From positions 32,001 through 96,000 of the IMG/VR virus record IMGVR_UViG_3300023179_000042: 64,000 nucleotides of DNA; one strand, written 5' to 3'. The position numbers were made by a program, and so were the translations under genes. Origin of the DNA: a virus. Positions within the stretch are counted from its first letter, which is position 1; each line of letters begins with the position of its first letter. Positions 25,610-41,000 of this stretch are shown here, piece by piece. Below the pieces are notes generated by a model. The model saw only the letters and a list, made by a program, of their open reading frames with translations, ran no database searches and had not been told where the DNA came from.

Positions 25610-28600
25610 ATGATTCCATCAACAAATAGCAAACTTTTAGTGGCCGAAGATTGGAAAAAGATCTATTCCAGCTATCGTAATGCTGACTTTAAAAGTTATG
25701 ATTTTGAAACAATTAGAAGAACTATGATACAATATCTTCGGGAAAATTATCCCGAAGACTTTAATGACTTCGTTGAAAGCAGCGAATATATTGCTCTAAT
25801 CGATCTTATTGCTTATCTTGGTCAAAATTTAAGTTTTAGAATTGATTTAAATGCTAGAGAAAATTTTCTAGAAACTGCTGAGCGTCGAGATAGCATTCTT
25901 CGATTGGCACAGCTTATAAGCTACAGCCCAAAAAGAAATTTACCAGCTTCGGGATTTTTAAAGATATCTGCTGTTTCAACAACAGACTCTGTAATTGATG
26001 CTAACAATATTAATTTGGCAAATACAACAATTTTGTGGAACGACCCTACCAATACTAATTGGTATAATCAGTTCAACAGCATTTTGAATAGTGCAATGCC
26101 TAGCACCTATGTATTTGGCAAGCCATTTGATAGATCCACTATTGAAGGTGTTTTAACAGAACAATATAGAATTAATAGTGCTAACACAGATGTACCAGTT
26201 TACAGTTTTGTAAAAAATATCAATGGTACAAGTATGAATTTTGAGCTTGTGAGTTCAACATTTTCTGGACAAAATTATGTCTACGAGGAAGCACCTCGCC
26301 CAGGAAATAGTTTTAGCATATTATATAGAAACGATAATCAAGGGTCTGGCAGTTCAAGGACTGGATTCTTTGTTCATTTTAGACAAGGTTCTCTTGGCAT
26401 GGCCTCGTTTTCAATTAACACGCCTGTGCCTAATGAAATTATTGGAATTAATACTCCGGGCATTAACAACAATGATGTGTGGTTATGGCAGCTATCATCA
26501 AATAAAAATTTTACAACACTTTGGTCTAAAACATCAAGTATTGTAGGAAACAATGTTGTTTACAACAGTTTATATAATAGTCAAAGAAATATCTATAGCG
26601 TTACATCACGAGACCAGGATCAGATTGATTTAAATTTTTCTGATGGAAGTTTTGGTAATTTACCTAAGGGCGATTTTAGATTAATGTATCGTGTAAGTAA
26701 CGGATTAACTTACACTATAAAGCCTGAACAGTTGTCAGGTATTACAATCGATATTCCTTATTATAATAAGTTAAATCAGCTGCACACATTATCGTTAACT
26801 TTAAATTTATACTATACGGTTACAAATAGTTCAGGAGCAGAAAGTAACGATGATATAAAGAGAAAAGCACCACAGGCATATTATCTTCAGAATAGAATGA
26901 TTACTGCTGAGGATTATAATATTGCCCCTTTAACTTTAGGTAATGATATTCTTAAAGTAAAAAGTGTGAACCGTGTATCGACGGGGATTAGTAAGTATTT
27001 TGACCTGACCGATGTTAGTGGAAAATACGGAAGTACAAATATTTTTGCCACAGACGGTGCCCTTTATAAAAATACCCATAGAGAATCTTTTGAGTTTGAA
27101 TTTGCAAATAGAAATGAAGTTTATTCGATAATAAAATCTCAACTTGAGCCAATATTAAAAGCTCAAAATATGAATTCATTTTATCTTGACAAATATCCAA
27201 GACCTGAATTAACTTATCTAAATGTTGCCTGGAAACAAGTTAACAATTTATCTGGATCTAGTAGAGGATATTTTTATAATACAATATCTGAAACTCCTCA
27301 GTCTGTAGCCGGATTTATAGATAATAACTTAACCTATGTTGCTCCTGGAGCCCTTGTAAAATTTATTACACCGTCAGGATATTTTTCAAAAGAAGGTGGC
27401 TTAGTTGCTAATCAATCGCAAACTTCAAAAAAATATATATGGTCTAAGGTCGTTCAAGTTATTGGTGATGGTAGTAATTCGGGGGTTGGAATGTTGGACG
27501 ATGGCACCGGCCCGATTATATTCAGTGATGTGATTCCGTCCGGAGCGATTCCTGTTGAGGTAATTCCTAAATTTAATAATATTTTTACATATAGCTTCGA
27601 AACTGAATTGGTTAACCTATGCTTGTCTCAGAAAAATTTTGGATTGTCTATAGATAGAACATCAAGGCAGTGGTATATAATAAGTGATACAAACTTAGAT
27701 GTAATTAATCCATTTAGTTTTAACTACCAAGGCGATACTACAAATGCTTCAAAGGATGGAAGCTGGCTCATAGCATTTACCTGGACAGGAAATAATTATA
27801 AGGTCATTTATAGACTAACCGATTATATTTTTGAAAGTCTACAACAAACTGGTTTTTATGTTGATCCAAATAATATAAGCTACGACTATGCTTCAGACAC
27901 AGTTATAAAAGACAAAATTTCTGTCCTGTCAATAAACACATCTGTGACCCCGACATCGGCAGTGAATACTTCGACATTTGGAAGTTTAGGCATAGACTAT
28001 AATTGGCAAATTGATTCTGATATTGTTGAACCCGACGGTTATGTTGAACCTAAAAAAGTAAAAGTTAGTTTTTATGATTACAACAATCTAGGTCAAATTT
28101 CAGATCCTGATACTTTTAATAATATTGTAGAACCAAATTCATTAAATTCAGAAACTGGATACAAAGATAAATTTGTTTATTTTTATAGACTTAACAACGG
28201 ACTTCGTTATGTTGTTACAAGTACAAATATTACAGCATATCCGAATGAGGACCTTGTTCAAGAGACTCCTGCTGATGGTGATTTATTTTATTTTTATGAC
28301 AGTGATAAAAATGTTGTAAAATATTATTCTACAAGTTCTTTAGCAAAAACAAATAATCCTTGGGTCTATACTCCAACGTATTTTGCCTATCCCGGAAGAA
28401 CAAATTTAAAGTTCCAATACATTCATAACAGCGGAGAAAACAGAAGAATTGATCCAGGCAAGAGTAATATTATGGACTTGTACATATTGACTTCTCAATA
28501 TGACAGTGACTTTAGATCGTGGCTAAATTCTGGTAGTGGTTCTGCTCCATTAGCCCCTACTAGTCAAAGCCTTGATCAAAATTTTGGCGATAGGCTTAAC

Positions 28601-29035
28601 TCTATTAAGGCTATCGGCGATGAAATTATTTTTCAGCCGGCCAAATATAAAATCTTGTTTGGTTCTAAAGCAAATGTAAATCTTAGAGCAACCTTTAAAG
28701 CAGTGAGAAACTCAACTATACCAACAAGCGATAATGATTTAAAAGTTAAAATTTTGTCTGCCATAAATGAATTTTTTAGTTTAGAAAATTGGGATTTTGG
28801 CCAAACATTTAATTTTTCTGAACTTTCGACCTATGTTATGAATTTGTTAACACCTCAGATCACTAATTTTGTTCTTGTTCCTAAAACAAATACATTTGGA
28901 AATTTATATGAAATTACCTGCTTATCAAATGAAATTTTTATAAGCGGTGCTACCGTGTCTGACATTGAAATCATTGACGCGATTACAGCTTCACAATTGG
29001 GCATAACAAGTGTTTTAACGAATACCGGAATTTAA
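25610..29035 (+). CDS. gp6: Baseplate wedge subunit (gp6-like)
   Basis: DFETIRRTMIQYL, ENFLETAERRDSILRLAQLISYSPKR, FSDGSFGNLPKG and QNRMITAEDY motifs. Confidence 0.9.
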   Translation: MIPSTNSKLLVAEDWKKIYSSYRNADFKSYDFETIRRTMIQYLRENYPEDFNDFVESSEYIALIDLIAYLGQNLSFRIDLNARENFLETAERRDSILRLAQLISYSPKRNLPASGFLKISAVSTTDSVIDANNINLANTTILWNDPTNTNWYNQFNSILNSAMPSTYVFGKPFDRSTIEGVLTEQYRINSANTDVPVYSFVKNINGTSMNFELVSSTFSGQNYVYEEAPRPGNSFSILYRNDNQGSGSSRTGFFVHFRQGSLGMASFSINTPVPNEIIGINTPGINNNDVWLWQLSSNKNFTTLWSKTSSIVGNNVVYNSLYNSQRNIYSVTSRDQDQIDLNFSDGSFGNLPKGDFRLMYRVSNGLTYTIKPEQLSGITIDIPYYNKLNQLHTLSLTLNLYYTVTNSSGAESNDDIKRKAPQAYYLQNRMITAEDYNIAPLTLGNDILKVKSVNRVSTGISKYFDLTDVSGKYGSTNIFATDGALYKNTHRESFEFEFANRNEVYSIIKSQLEPILKAQNMNSFYLDKYPRPELTYLNVAWKQVNNLSGSSRGYFYNTISETPQSVAGFIDNNLTYVAPGALVKFITPSGYFSKEGGLVANQSQTSKKYIWSKVVQVIGDGSNSGVGMLDDGTGPIIFSDVIPSGAIPVEVIPKFNNIFTYSFETELVNLCLSQKNFGLSIDRTSRQWYIISDTNLDVINPFSFNYQGDTTNASKDGSWLIAFTWTGNNYKVIYRLTDYIFESLQQTGFYVDPNNISYDYASDTVIKDKISVLSINTSVTPTSAVNTSTFGSLGIDYNWQIDSDIVEPDGYVEPKKVKVSFYDYNNLGQISDPDTFNNIVEPNSLNSETGYKDKFVYFYRLNNGLRYVVTSTNITAYPNEDLVQETPADGDLFYFYDSDKNVVKYYSTSSLAKTNNPWVYTPTYFAYPGRTNLKFQYIHNSGENRRIDPGKSNIMDLYILTSQYDSDFRSWLNSGSGSAPLAPTSQSLDQNFGDRLNSIKAIGDEIIFQPAKYKILFGSKANVNLRATFKAVRNSTIPTSDNDLKVKILSAINEFFSLENWDFGQTFNFSELSTYVMNLLTPQITNFVLVPKTNTFGNLYEITCLSNEIFISGATVSDIEIIDAITASQLGITSVLTNTGI

Positions 29036-29036
29036 T

Positions 29037-32000
29037 ATGGCAAAAAATATAAAATCGGTAAATTTACTTCCTGAAACACACAGAACAGATAAAAATTCTA
29101 GATTTTTATCTAGTACCGTTGATCAACTTATACAAAAACCCGAACTAGAAAGAATAAATGGCTTTATTGGAACAAAAGACACACCGACCTACAATTCTTC
29201 TAATGACATTTATATTAGCGAAAGTACTCAAATCAGGCAGAATTATAATCTCGAGCCTGCCCTGGTAACATATAGTACTGCCGGTTCAGTGGTCAATGTT
29301 GTCGCCATAGATGATTTAACCAACGAAATAAATTTTAGAGGCGGTATCACAGATAATTTTGATAGGATTTATAAGCCAAAATACTATGCTTACGATCCAT
29401 TTGTTGACTGGGATAAGTTAGTAAATTTCCAAGAATATTTTTGGTTAGTTACCGGTCCCCAGACAATAGAAATAACCGGCAGACCTAAAAATACAACTAG
29501 CACATATACTGTTGAAGTTGAAAACAGTCAGTTTGTTTTTACACCTTCTGGCATGTCCGACTCAATTTTGACACTATATCGAGGTAATACCTATAATTTT
29601 GAAAACCTAACCGAACAAAATTTTTATGTAAAATTTACAGCCTCGCCTGGTAATACTGATTTATATCCAGTAAATGTGGTATCAAATGGAACCTCGACTG
29701 GAATTGTAAAATTAATTGTTGATGTTAATACTCCGTCTGTGCTGTATTGCGGTGGCAATGACAAAACATTACTTTGCAAAATTGTTGTTAAAGATTCGAG
29801 AGAAGATTCAACGATTGATATTGAAAAAGATATCTTAGGTAAAAAAAGCTATCTTTCGGGTAACGGAATAGCTCTTTCAAACGGCATGAAAATTAAATTT
29901 GGAGGAACGGTATTACCTGAGAAGTACAGAGATAATGAATATATTGTTGAAGGGGTCGGGGAGTTTATACGATTGGTTGACTATAAGGATCTAATTCCAC
30001 AGTCGGTAATTGCTTCAAACTTTGATGATAACTTTGATGCCAATCCTTTTGATGAGTATCCCTTTGATAATTTTAAAAATTTACCTATTAATCCCGAATA
30101 TCTCACCATTAATAGAGCCAGTAGGGATTTAAACCCTTGGTCAAGGTATAATAGATGGTTCCATAAAGATATTATAACAATCAGTGCTGAGTTTAATAAC
30201 ATGGAGCCAGAGTATCCTAGTAATCTGAGAGCTCAACGACCAATTATTGAATTTAAACCTAATCTTCAACTTTATAACTTTGGAAATATTGCTATTCCAA
30301 ATGTCGATCTTATTGATTTTGTTACCACTGATCCTCTAGGACAAAGAGAAAATACACGAGGATTGTTTGTTGACGGTCGTCGATTAAACGAAGGTATGAC
30401 TGTAATTTTTGCAGCTGCCAAAGATGACGATGTAAGAAATAAAGTTTTTAGAGCAACTTATTTTCAAAGAAGAAAAGCTCGCCGACTGAATTTAGAACCT
30501 ATCCAAGATGTAATTGAAAATAATTGTGTGAGTATTAATTATGGAACAAGAGCTGGCGGTAGATGCTACCACTATGATGGATCTAATTGGAAAAGTTCTC
30601 AAAATCATACCAGATTAAATCAAGCACCATTGTTTGATCTTTTTGATAAAGACGGAAAAAGTTATAGTGATAAAACTTATTACTATTCAAATTTTGCTGG
30701 TAACAGAGTTTTTAGTTACAAACGAGGGTCTGGCACCTCTGATTCTGTATTAGGTTTTCCTTTAAGTTATAGAAATTTAAATGGTGTAGGCAGTTATTTG
30801 TTTAGGAATTATTTTATGAATGATTCCTTTACATTATCATCTGGCGAATATGATACAACATCTACAAGTTTCTCTACCGCTATTACATTTTTAAAGAAAA
30901 ATGATGAAAAAGGCGACCAGTTAGTAAATGTTTGGAGAGATAAAGAAGATTATCAGATTCCGGTATATCAATTACAATCATATCTATCTGGAACATCTAC
31001 AGTTGAGATTAATTCAGTAAAGTTAAACAACAATATAAGTTTTGAAATTGAAGCCTATAACGATGAAAAAATAATTCCAAAGTCTGATTATAATATACTA
31101 TCATCTGGCACAAACTATACTGTAAATTTTAATAATACTGTTACATCAAATGTTCTGTTAAAAATTTTTACAGATGCTCCTATTGTAGGCAACGGTTATT
31201 ATGAAACACCGTTAAATTTAACAAATAATCCTCTTAACGGAAATATTACTGATTTAACCTTAAGTGAAATTAGCGATCATGTTGGTACTATGGTTAATAG
31301 AGATACTTCATGGTCGGGAATTTTTCCAGGCACAAGTAATCTTCGCGATTTGCCGGGTATAGCAAAGTACGGAACAAGGTTAATTTCTAATTATAATCCT
31401 ATTACTTTTGCTCAATTATTTTTAGGTAGTCCGTACTATAGTGTTGAAAGTGCTATAAAACAAACAGCCAAAGATTACGAAGAGTTTAAAAATAATTTTC
31501 TTACATTAGTTGCTACTCATCCTGATCAGAATTCTCCAGTTAGTGCTGTAGATACTATTCTTAAGAGTATGGTTGCCAATATAAGCAAAGGAAGTGCCTA
31601 TCATAATTCTGATATGATTCCGTTTGGATCTCATAGAGTTAGACAATTCACAGTGTTAAGCTCAAGAAGAACAGATTATCCAATTTCACTTGATTATAAC
31701 CCGTCTAAATTGAGTAACCAGGCAGTACTAGTATATATTAATGGAGTTCAGGGTTGGCTAGGCAGAGATTATATATTCTTAGATGATCAAAATGCCGTAC
31801 GAATTATTACGCCAATTGTCGCAAACGACACTATTGAAATTAGAGAATATACAGATACCTCGGGTTGTTATTGTCCACAAACGCCGTCAAAATTAGGTTT
31901 ATACCCAGCATTCCGCCCAAGAAAATATTTTGATGATTCGTATATTGATAGACCAAGAAATGTTATAATTGGACACGACGGTAGTAAGATGATTGCCTAT

Positions 32001-35000
32001 AATGATTACAGAGATGACATTATTATAGAGCTTGAGAAAAGAATATTCAATAATATAAAGTCGAAATATAATCCTGACTTGCTTGATATAAACTCTCTTT
32101 TACCAAATGCTTTTAGAAAAACAGAATATAGTTTAAAAGAGATAAATCAGATTTTACAATCTGACTTTGTTACATGGGCAGGGTTATTTGGGTTAGATTA
32201 TCAAAATAATAGTTCATTTGATGAAGCAAATCCGTTTACCTACAACTATGTAGGCACATCAGATACATTAACAAGCACTTCTCTGTCGGGCTTCTGGCGA
32301 GGAATTTACAAATATTTTTATGACACCGACCTTCCACATAAATCACCTTGGAGAATGTTAGGGTTTTATGATAGGCCGGAATGGTGGATAGCAGAATATG
32401 GTCCATCTCCCTATACCTCCGGTAATGATATATTATGGCAAGACTTAGAAAACGGGTATATCAGAGGAGGCAGTAATCCTGGGTACAATCCGATATATGC
32501 CCGCCCAGGCCTAACAAATATTATTCCAGTTGACGAATCTGGTAAACTTATCGATCCTTCTGTCTTGTTAATAACAAATTCAACTCCGTATGACAGAAGA
32601 CAGAATTGGAAATTTGGAGATCACGGTCCAGTTGAAACAGTTTGGAGGAACAGTAGTTCTTATCCTTATGCTATCCAACGACTGCTATTATTAACCAAGC
32701 CGGCTGAATATTGTTCTGTATTTTTTGATGTATCTAGGCTGATTAAAAATGCTGCAGGCCAATGGGTAAATGCTGATACCAATCGTTTTTTAAATTTAAA
32801 AGATGTTGCGTTATTCGGCGAAAACAACACTTTGGCAGCTGGATATAGTGTATGGGTAATTGAGCAAGGGTTAAAAAGAAATTCTCAATTTGTATATAGA
32901 CTAAGAAATAGAATTGATAATTTTACGGTTAATTTATTCCACAAGGTAGGCGGTTTTGTTGATAAAAATAAACTTAGAATTATTATCGATTCGGTCTCAC
33001 CATCATCTACAGACCCCGGAGCGATCTTGCCGCAGGAAAATTACCTATTACATTTAAATGTAAGTAACCCTGTTGAAGCAGTTGCAGCCAGCGGAATAGT
33101 GATTCAAAAACAACAAGATAAATTTATTGTAAAAGGTTATGATAGGTACAGACCGTATTTTACAATTTACCAGCCAATAAGGAACTCAAATACCCCTGCC
33201 ATAACAATTGGTGGTATTAGCGAGAGTTTTGTTGATTGGAATTATAATGATAGTTCTGGTAGTACCTCTTTAAGCGCAGAAGATCTTACTACGGCCAATA
33301 CGGCTACTGGAAATAATTTTTATCAACAAGGTCAAATTGTTCGTTACCTCAATAAATTTTATAGAGTAAAGGTAAGTCATACCGCTGAAGCAAATTTTAA
33401 TCCATCTTTTTATGCTGCTATTCCACAGGTACCTATAAAGGGTGGAGCCACAGTTCAAATCGCTAAATCTTATTCTAAGCAAGAAACACTAATTCCTTAT
33501 GGAACAATGTTTGATAATATTCAAGATGTGTATGATGTTATTATTGGGTATGGCCAGTGGTTAGTAGAGCAAGGTTTTATTTTTGATAATTTTAATCAAG
33601 AACTTAACACAGTGTTAGACTGGAGATTTTCGGCAAAAGAATTTTTGTATTGGTCTACTCAAAATTGGGCCCCTAACAGCATTATAACATTGGCACCATT
33701 TTCGCCGCAGGTAAAATTTAGAAAGCAAACTGCTGTAACTGATAATTTCCTCAATGGGAACTATGATTACACAATATTGACAGCCGATGGATCTTCGTTG
33801 CCATCAAAGAACTTATCAGTTAACCGTGATGACGATATTACAATTATAGAACCTACAAATACAAATAACGGAATATTTTTTATCTATGTTCGACCTGTAC
33901 AAAAAGAACATGGAATGATTTTTGATAATACAACAATTTTTAATGATATTGTGTATGACCCCGAAACTGGTTATAGACAAAAGCGAATGAAATTAGTTGG
34001 GTTTAGAACCTCTAACTGGAACGGCGACTATTCGAGTCCGGGTTTTGTGTATGATAAAGGTGTTGTTAATAGATGGGAACAATTTACATTATATAGATAC
34101 GGCGATGTTGTAACCTGGAATGGAAAATATTATTCAGCCGCTAATAGTATTTCAGGATCGTCTAAGTTTAACATAGGCGACGGATGGGTTCTTCTTGATA
34201 AAGCCCCAACCCCTGGACTTATTCCTAACTTTGATTATAAAATTTCTCAGTTTGAAGATTTCTACAGTATTGATATTGACAATTTTGACGCCGGCCAGCA
34301 AAAAATGGCTCAACATCTAATAGGCTATACTCCGCGAGTATACTTAGATAATATTGTACCAGATGCTATTAGCCAGTATAAATTTTATCAAGGCTATATA
34401 AGAGAAAAAGGAACTAGAAATCCTTTAACTAAAATTTCAAAATCAGTTACTAATGATCAAACCGGAAGTATCAATTTTGACGAAGAATGGGCATTCAGAG
34501 TAGGACAGTATGGATCATATACGACTTTTAGAGAGTTAGAGTTTAGACTGACAGAAGGGTCGTTTATAGAAAATCCACAAATAATTAACTTTGTTGATAC
34601 ACAACCTACACAGAAGCCAAACGACTTAGTGTATTACATTGATAATAATAAGTTTGCTATTCAACCTTCTGAGTATAGTTCTAGCAATGTTTTCTTTACT
34701 TCGTCGTCAACATTTAAAAATCCGGGATTCAAATATCCTACAGCAGGTTATGTAAATTTAAATGATATTACCTATACTGCCTATAATGAAAATAGTTTGT
34801 TAGATATAGCCAACAACGGATCTATTAAAGACGGTGATGTAATTTGGCTAGGTTTTAAAACAAATGGAGATTGGGATGTTTTACGATATGAAAATTCTCC
34901 GTTTAAAATTATTGGTGTGTTTGTAAATTCTCCAGGAGTTACAATAACATTTACCACAGATTATTTCCATGATTTTAAAGTAGGAGATACGGTTTCTGTT

Positions 35001-38000
35001 GTAAACTTTAATAATCAGGTTAACGGCATTTATAAAATTATTGATATTCCTCAGCTTAATCAGTTTACAGTAAATTCTTCTTTAACATACATTAATAATG
35101 AACCATTGTTAAGTCCTGGATTGATTTACAGATTTGTAAGCCAACGATTTAAAAAGTTTGATGATATTCCTGTTGATTCTAAGCTATTAGCCTTGCCGTA
35201 TGGTAGCAAATTTTGGATAGATGAAAATAATGAAGGTAAGTGGGAAGTCTATACAAAAACAAAAAATTATTCGCAAAATTCAGTTATTAGCAGATCTCAA
35301 CCACTTAATCAACAATTAGGTACAAGTATTGCTAAATCTAAAAATGATTCAACATTATTAGTTGGAGCACCGGGATATCAGTATTATCTTGACAATGGTA
35401 GAGTTTTTGTTTATGATAAGATTGGATCAACTTTGACTTTTAAACTTAGCTATACTTTAAACTCAGATAGAATTCAATACCACGACAGTTCGATTAGCCC
35501 GGTAACAGAGTTCGGTTATAAGGTTGATTATATACCTGATGAATTTAATAACTCGGGATATGGACTGTTTATTGTTGGTGCTCCTGCTACCGAAAATGTT
35601 TATTACAATACAGTAAGTCCAGGAGCAATATCTTATGCTCATCCAGATAATACAAATACTTCAACATGGGGATTAGCGGGTGTTGTTAAGATTAGCAGTG
35701 TCGATCCTTTAACACAAAAAGAAAAAGCCGAGGTAGTATTGTCAAATCCGTGGCCCACTGATCGGGATCGATTTGGTGCTGAAGTTGCTCACTATGGTAA
35801 TCTATTATTAGTCGGTGCTCCTGGCACAAATTCAACAGGCACCGGTAGAGTATTTTCATATAGCATTGATACTACCGGGTATTACACAACCTCGTCGGCG
35901 CAAACAGTTATTGGCGTTACAACATCGATGAGTGTAACCTATACGGGCAGGAAAGAATTACCGGCTGAATATACTGCAGTTGACTCTGATGGTGTTATGT
36001 TTGGACATTCTATAAGTATATCCGACGAAGAGTATTTTAAGTATGCGGTTGGCGGGCCCGGATATAAATCTGAAAATGGACTAGTTGCTATTTTTGGAAT
36101 GTATTCGCCCTCGGCTAACCAAGTAATTCAGCCGCCAACAAATGTATCGGGTACTAAAAAGTTTGGACATAAAGTTGTAATAACACCAACACAACTATTT
36201 GTCAGTGCCCCATTACAAAGAAATTCTGATTTATCCTATGGTGCGGTTTACATCTACGATTATGATATAGATGCCGGAGCATTTAATACCAGCACCTATC
36301 AAATAATTACTAACCCACTTCCTGGATCTAAGTTAAATTTTGGTCAGGATTTAAGCTATATTGAATCTGATAACTCTATTGTAATTTCTTCTACTGGCGA
36401 TTTTACACCAAAATTTAATTTAGACAAAGGTAATACTACTTTTGATCAGAAATCTACTAAATTTTATAATTCAATTAGAAAAACAGGTACTGCGTATGTA
36501 TATTCTCGCAAAGACACACGATATGTTCTTGCCGATGAATTAAAAATTGATAACTACACTGCCTTTACAGATTTTGGTTATACCGTTCATGCTACTGAAA
36601 ACGAAATATTTGTTGGGGCCCCTTCATATAGTAGTACTCAGACAAGTAAAGTCTACGAGTTTAATAAAATTGATACAACAGTTCAAAGTTGGGATCTTTC
36701 AACAAAACAAGATGATGTTATTTCTTTAAATGAATTTAGACAAATACATATTTTTGATACTAAAAAAGATATCATTGTTGATTATCTAGATGTTGTTGAT
36801 CCGTTAAAGGGTAAAATTCCCGGATTAGCAGACCAAGAAATAAAATATAAAGCGGCGTTTGACCCTGCTGTGTATTCCATTGGAATAGCTGGCACGGTCG
36901 TTGATATCAATACAAATTGGTTAGATGAACATGTAGGTGAATTATGGTGGGACCTAAGTACATTAAAATATGTGTGGTACGAGCAAGGCGATCTATCATA
37001 TAGAAAAAATAACTGGGGTAGACTCTTTCCGGGAGCTACAATTGATGTATATGAATGGATAGGTACACCTCTGTTGCCTAGCGAGTGGAGCTCACAAGCA
37101 GATACCGCTGCCGGTTTAACAAACAATATCAGTGGGCAACCAAAATTTGCCGACAATAGTGTTGTTTCTGTAAAACAAATTTATGATTCGGTAACTAATT
37201 CGTTTTCTAATTACTACTTCTATTGGGTAAAAAACAAAGTTATTATTCCTAATGTAAAAAATAGAAGAATAAGCTCATATCAGGTTGCTAGTTTAATAGC
37301 AGATCCAACTGGCTACGGATACAAATATGCTAGTATTATTGCTCCAGATGCGATGACATTAGCTAATAGTAATGGATATGCGGTAGATACTCATGTACAT
37401 TTAAATATTACCTATGATAAGATTGATAATAAAATTCCTAAGCATACTGAGTGGATTTTATTAAACGAAGGCTCAGAAAATTCAATGCCTCCACGGATGC
37501 TTGAAAGAAAGTTGTTTAATAGCTTAATTGGTAAAGATACATTTGGACATACAGTTCCAGACCCAAGTTTAAACGAGCGAACAAAGTATGGAATTGGAAT
37601 TAGACCGCAACAAACTCTATTTAAATCAAGGTTAACTGCCTTAAGAAATCTTATTGAGTTTTCAAATAATGTTTTAATAAAAGAACAAATAGTTGGAATG
37701 AAAGATCTAACTAGACTGTTGTCTCAAGAAGTCCCTCCTGATCAATATAGCGGATTATGGGACAAAACTGTTGAGGATCTTGAAGGATTATCTGTAATCA
37801 ACACAACAAAACTTGTTCAGGCCGAAGTAACTTGTACGGTAGCCGACGGCACAATTAGAAGTGTGCAAATAGTTAATTCTGGTTACGGTTATTTGATTGC
37901 TCCTATAATAACTGTTATTGCTAACGAGAATGATATTAACACCCGCACAGTAAAGATTGAAACAGAAATTGATGAATTTGGAAGGCTTGTATCGACTAAT

Positions 38001-41000
38001 ATTGTTGATGGCGGCCGAGGTTTTACAGTTCCTCCTACCTTAACTGTTAGACCTTTCTCTGTTATTGTAACTTCAGATAGCACCTTTAATGGAAAGTGGA
38101 CTTTGTTTACTTGGGATAAAGAAGTACAGCAATGGAACAGAATTCGAACACAAAAATATAATACTCCGTTGTATTGGAATTATATTGACTGGACCAGTTC
38201 CGATTTTGATCAGTTTAGAGATATCAGTAAAACTGTTAACGAACTTTTTGAATTAAACTATCTTAACCTGCCAAAGAACAGTTATATAAAGATTAATAAT
38301 CCTGGAGATAATTTACCAATCATTTTAGAGAAGGTAACTCCTTCTAAGTCTAATACATTTTCTAATGGATATAATATAGTTTATAAACAAGGCGGAACTA
38401 TACAATTTAGTAACGGTATATGGGATATCTATAATAATGATCTAGGCTACGACAAAAATAATAGTTACGATCAAACATTGTATGATCAAACAATAGAAAC
38501 AGAATTAAGAAATATCTTAATAGCTCTTAGAGATGACATTTTTGTTGACGAGTTAAAAGTTTACTGGAATAAATTTTTCTTCACGGCTGTCAAATATGCT
38601 ATGTCAGAGCAGCCATTATTGGATTGGGCTTTTAAAACATCATTTATAAATGTTGTCAACAACGCTGGACTTTTAGATCAACGACCTGTTTATAAATTAA
38701 ACAATTCTGAATATTATGAAAACTTCTTAAAAGAAATTAAGCCGTATAGAAGTCAAATTAGAACATTTACCAATAAGCATAAAATTTTGGAGCCATCTCA
38801 GTCTTTCACAACTGACTTTGATTCTCCTTCTTATTTTAATAGAACTACAAAACAATTTGAAACAATTTCTGAAACAGATGCTCTTTCTGATGTTTACCCT
38901 TGGAAGGCATGGAAAGATAACAACTCGTTTATTATTGATAGTATTTCTGTAGGCAATGGCGGACAAAATTATATATTACCTCCTTCGGTGATAATTGAAA
39001 CAGCACCGGGTGATTTGGGGTCAGGAGCAGCAGCACAGGCATATATAAGCTCTGGGCAGGTTAATAAAATTGTTGTAACTAATCCCGGTGTTGGATATAA
39101 AAAAGCGCCTCTAATAAGATTGGAAGGAGGCGGCTATGCAGATTTGGTTCCTGCCGTTGCTTATCCAATTATGGCAAATAACAAGGTTAGAACAAACACC
39201 ATTAAAATTAAATTTGATAGAATTTCCACTCAAAACCAAATTGGTGACGATTTTGTAGTTGACTCGTTTAATTGCGATGGAACAACATCAATTTTTTATC
39301 TTAATTGGTGTGCTCGTTTAGATAGATCGAAAATATCAGTAACTATTGACGGCGCCTATGTTCTTAGTAGCGAATATATAATTCAAAACTACGAAGAAGA
39401 GTTTAATGGTTATACAAAAAAGTATTCTAAGCTTCAGTTTGTTAATCGTATTCCTGAAATCGGAAAAGTTTTAGTTGTAAAATACGCAAAGAATTTAGAA
39501 TTGTATAGTGCCGCTGAACGAGTCTTACAATATTATAGTCCAAAATCTGGCATGCCTGGAAAAAAACTAGATCAGGTAATGTCGGGTGTAGTTTATCCAA
39601 AGACTCAACTTCAAACATTAGGGTTTGATTATACCAGCAAGTGGGATAACCAATACGAGATCAATAATGTACCAGTTTATTATTCAGGGTTTGAAACTGC
39701 AGCCTATGGCGATGATGTTAGCTATTATACCTTAATTAAAACCTCATCAACTACTACAGTTGGATCTAACACATTAACTTTGGCAACAGTTGAGGGTATA
39801 GTCGTAGGACAAAATGTTAATATTTCTAATACTCTAACAAATAAATTTAGTAGCTCAACTGTATTGGTAACCGCAATTAACCAAACAAGCAAAACCGTTA
39901 CATTGAATACATCGGTAGCGTCTACAGTATTTCCTGGTGACAGTGTAGAGTTCTGGACACAAACTACAAATTTCACTGCTCTTGATACAATTATCGATAG
40001 TGGATATCCTGGATTTACATTAACAAATACCGGCTCGGCTCTACAATATGCGTTAGGAATAAACCCAGAAGATATAACCATAGACGGGGATGGATTTTTT
40101 ACACCAGATACAAGTTTTGCCACTGAAGAATTTGTTCCGGGAGAAAGCTCTGATAGTATTGGAATAAATGTTTATACTAAATCGGGTGTAGGTGCTCCGC
40201 TAATTTATACCGGCAAAATTGATGTACCGAGCAAACGCAATAAGACTGAACTTTTTGTTCCTTATCCTCCGCCAACGGCTGATTCAATAGTAGTTACTTT
40301 TAATACGCAGATATTACAAAGGACCGAGCAATTATTTTTTGCGGCCACACTTGATAGTCCTTACTATTACTACGATTTCATCAACAATAAAATTATCATT
40401 TATAAGAGAAGTGTTAACGGAGTATTAGGTTACTCAGTAGTTACTGTAGGCGGTGAGGGAGTTGTCGATCATGGAAGTACAGTAGTTTATAACCAAACTG
40501 ATGGCCAAGTTGACAGTCTTGCCTATTACGACGACATTAAATTAGCCTATGTCACAGTTAACGGTGAAATTATTGGTACTACAAGTACTTCATTCACCAA
40601 CAAGTACTATGATCTAACTTATTCAAATGAATCTAATAAGCGAGCAAGTGTTCATGTTCATAATTTGAATACCAACACTACCAGTACTATACAAGCATGG
40701 TTTTTTGACTCTGACGCTGCAACCTTTAATGAAGTTAGATCTCAAACTTTTGTGTATGACAATGTCAGTACCGCTACAAATATAGAAATTAATAGACCGC
40801 CTGGCGTGATAGAGCCATTTGCTCCGCAAGTTATTTTAGAAGTAAGTGTTGATAATGGTGTTACATATCGAAGAGTAATGCCCCCATTTACGGCCTACTA
40901 CAATATTGTTAATACAGCTATTACAACCTATTCTATTAATAATTCTAGAAATTTTGTAGACAAATTTATCACACCCGGTACGGGCTTTACTGTACAAAAT